NCBI GenBank assembly: GCA_030390025.1
Contig: CM059438.1
Span: forward strand, 60,948,001 to 61,012,000
Source of the DNA: Squalus acanthias
Lineage: Eukaryota
Length of the DNA: 64,000 bases
Reading direction: 5' to 3'
Part shown: piece after piece, positions 61,460 to 64,000 of the stretch
How the letters are laid out: the number at the start of each line of letters is the position of its first letter
How positions within the stretch are numbered: position 1 is the first letter of the stretch
Translations under genes and position numbers: made by a program
The notes under the pieces: generated by a model
What the model was told of the DNA's origin: nothing
Seen by the model: only the letters and a program-made list of their open reading frames with translations
Database searches by the model: none

Positions 61460-62919
61460 TTTGATTACAGACGTGACTGGAAGTATGCCAGTGCCTAACC
61501 TCCTTGCCTGCTGAGTACTGTGTGGCATGAGGCAGGGGAAGAGACCCCAAAAGTAGGAAGATCAATGAATAAAATATTCAAGGAAATCTCTTTAAAAAAA
61601 AAAGAGATTAGTCAAGGTGCTGGAGCATGGAGTCTGGTTGCCTTGCACTTCACCCTCTCCTTCATTAACACACAACTCTTGCCAATCGTTGATAGCAGAA
61701 TACAGTGCTCCACTTCTCTAATGGGAAACCAGTCAGACCCTGATTCTCCATCTGATGCAGTAGTCATCAACTCACTCAGAAGTGCCATGGCAGAATGTCT
61801 CAGAATCTACCAGAAGTTGTCGGTGGCGCTGGACACAGTTTCAGAAGAAGTTGATGTCTCAGTGTAAAGTTAAAAATAAAGCTTTAAATAAGGCTCCGTG
61901 GAGTCAACCATCTTAAGCTTCCTGAGAGGTGGCCATCTTAAGCTTCCTCAGAGACTGCTATAACAAGCCTTCTTGAAGTCGGCCATCATAGGTCTTCTAG
62001 CAGGCGGACAGCTTAAGCCTCCTTGGTGGATGGCCACCTTCTCAGGTATTTTTTTTTGAGTGGTTTTCAGACAGTACCGTAGGAGAAACAGAAACCAGCC
62101 ACAATTCAGAAATAAGAACTCCTTACTTTGTCTGTATTACATTCAGATATCTACTGGATAGATGTCCCAATCCCGTTTTCAACTTTGAAAAGAAACTATG
62201 TCCAATGACCTTAAATAACATTAAAAATCCATCTGCAACTTTATATACAACCACATTAACTCTGATTAAATTAGATTAGGAAAAAAATGTCAATGTGAAT
62301 TTTTTTTTGTTACAGTTAATTCAATCTGTTCTAAACCGAGCCTGAAAACTGGTTTAGAAGAGATTTTAGTCGCAAACCAACCTATTCAACTGAAGCTTAA
62401 AGGCTAGCGCTTGCTGGCTAGATGGAGTCTGCCTGTGTTCTTTGTCCCTTTTTAAAACAAAACTTAATTTTCAGAGGTGCAAATCTCAACAGCCAGTCCC
62501 GTTCATTGAAGCAACTGGGAAGTTCTCACTTTTCTTGGATCCTTTCCAATCGATGAAGTCTTCACGTTTAATGGCCAGCCGGTTTCCAAGGCAACGACGT
62601 GTTGGCTTAATGGAGCAACAGGCCCTCTAAAGGAGGAGGCCTGAAGAGCTACGAGAGGTGTACTGCACGCGGACCACTGGAAATCAAGGTTGACGGGCAT
62701 GACAAATAGCATCGCCAGCCCTGAAGTTCAAAGTTCAAAATGCGCCACAAGAGCAGATGGCCAATCAGTCTAGTCTTTACGGTTGGTTAAGTAGGTCAGT
62801 GAACTGGACTGGTACGGCTGCCAGTGTAGACGTCAATAGGCAGCAAAGTGGACTAGTGGGCACAGCAAATGGCCGCCAGTCTGGACAATGCAGAAGTTTT
62901 ATTTTCCTCTTCGCCGTGC

Positions 62920-63222
62920 TTACTCGGAGAACTTGTGAATGTCGTTGTGCAGCATGTAGTAAGGGTAGGAGATCTCGTTCTGGTACGGGCAGTTGTAGTG
63001 GCACCGGCACTTGTTGGTCCACATCATGCTCTTGGAGAAGGTCTCGCCGTCCTCGCAGCGGAAGCCCACTTGGATGGTGCGGGTCTGCGACGGGGTGCAG
63101 CAGCGCCCGTCTGTGCAGGAGCCGCACCAGCGGGGCCTGTACCTCCGCACGCTGGCGCATCCGGCATAGGTGAATCGCACGGGCTCCTTGGCCTTCTTCA
63201 TTCGGAAGCACTTCTTGCCCTT
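62920..63222 (-). CDS. CCN1: Last coding exon of a CCN family member 1 (CYR61)-like gene; C-terminal cystine-knot domain
   Basis: [100 protein letters not shown] has the CCN CT cysteine pattern and the CYR61-type NDIHKF tail; phase-0 acceptor TCTCTTTCCTCGTTCGCAG| at 63223; TAA stop at 62920-62922. May be a CCN1-like paralog. Confidence 0.92.
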   Translation of the reverse strand, partial: KGKKCFRMKKAKEPVRFTYAGCASVRRYRPRWCGSCTDGRCCTPSQTRTIQVGFRCEDGETFSKSMMWTNKCRCHYNCPYQNEISYPYYMLHNDIHKFSE

Positions 63223-63380
63223 CTGCGAACGAGGAAAGAGAATGACTTGATAGGACCCTCTCAGGGTTAACCATGACGGACTAACTCACAACCCCCACGT
63301 CCCACCACCACAGGACCGATCTTATCAATGTGCCACACCAGGACTGGGCGAGGGGAGCCTCACCGGTCGGCCGTGCATAT

Positions 63381-63905
63381 CAACAACAACAACAACTTGC
63401 ATTTATATAGCGCCTTTATCGACACCGAGACACATAAGTAAATATTCAGACAGGGGACCAAAAGCTTGATCAAAGAGATAGGTTTTACGCAGCGTCTTAA
63501 AGGAGGGCAGAGAGGCGGAGAGGCGGAAATTCCAGAGCTTAGGGCCCAGGTAGCTGAAAGCATGGCCGCCAATGGTGGAGCTATGAAAATCGGGGATGCG
63601 CAACAGGCCAGAATTGGAGGAGCGCAGAGATCTCGGCGGGTTGTAGGGCTGGAGGAGGTTACAGAGATAGGGAGGGGCGAGGCCATGGAGGGATTTGAAC
63701 ACAAGGATGAGAATCTTTAAAGTGAGGCGTTGCCGGACTGGGAGCCAATGTAGGTCAGTGATTTGGATGAGCTCAAGTTTACGGTGGGTGCAAGGTGGAG
63801 GCCGGCCAGGAGTGCACTGGAATAATCAAGTCTAGAAGTAACAAAGACATGGATGAGGGTTTCAGCAGCGGATGAGCTGAGGCAGGGGAGGAGACGGGCG
63901 ATGCG
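63381..63905 (-). mobile_element. Intronic L2-clade LINE 3' fragment
   Basis: AETLIHVFVTSRLDYSSALLAGL; FKSLHGLAPPYL; (TTG)n tail. Confidence 0.9.
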
Positions 63906-64000
63906 AGGAAATTGTACCATCCATTTACAAAGAAAACTAACTGTGACCTTGTCCCCACATCGCAACAACCTAGGCAAGGCCAAGTCCATGCCCGCCATCT

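Noticed and set aside
62757..63274. Alternative and antisense ORFs over the CCN exon, and the ATG at 63201 as a start codon
   Set aside because: GC-rich shadow frames; the real exon starts at the splice acceptor at 63222.

Overview
Vertebrate genomic DNA, almost certainly from a cartilaginous fish (shark-type HE1/V-SINE, Deu-domain SINE, CR1, L2 and Penelope families). The window is dominated by nested transposable elements and GC-skewed minisatellites, with a 500-N assembly gap at 7509-8008. The only host protein-coding sequence I can support is the last exon of a CCN1/CYR61-like gene on the minus strand (62920-63222, cystine-knot domain), probably followed by a ~4.2 kb 3' UTR ending near 58700. 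I found no prokaryote-style novel system. The observations most worth following up are: (i) a PIF/Harbinger-type MITE family whose diverged copies keep a positionally conserved hairpin with different stem sequences, plus NRF1/ETS/CCAAT/E-box motifs and repeated GTAAGT splice donors; (ii) five Penelope-like insertions with 12-15 bp TSDs and minimal hammerhead-ribozyme motifs, two reduced to ~160-200 bp hairpins; (iii) several unrelated minisatellites, at least two grown from SINE interiors, that share a GCTCCCTC core; (iv) an LF-SINE-like element; (v) a solo LTR with a clean 5-bp TSD. Family names come from recalled motifs and consensus sequences, not database searches. Most TE boundaries without a TSD are approximate (about +/-20 bp).
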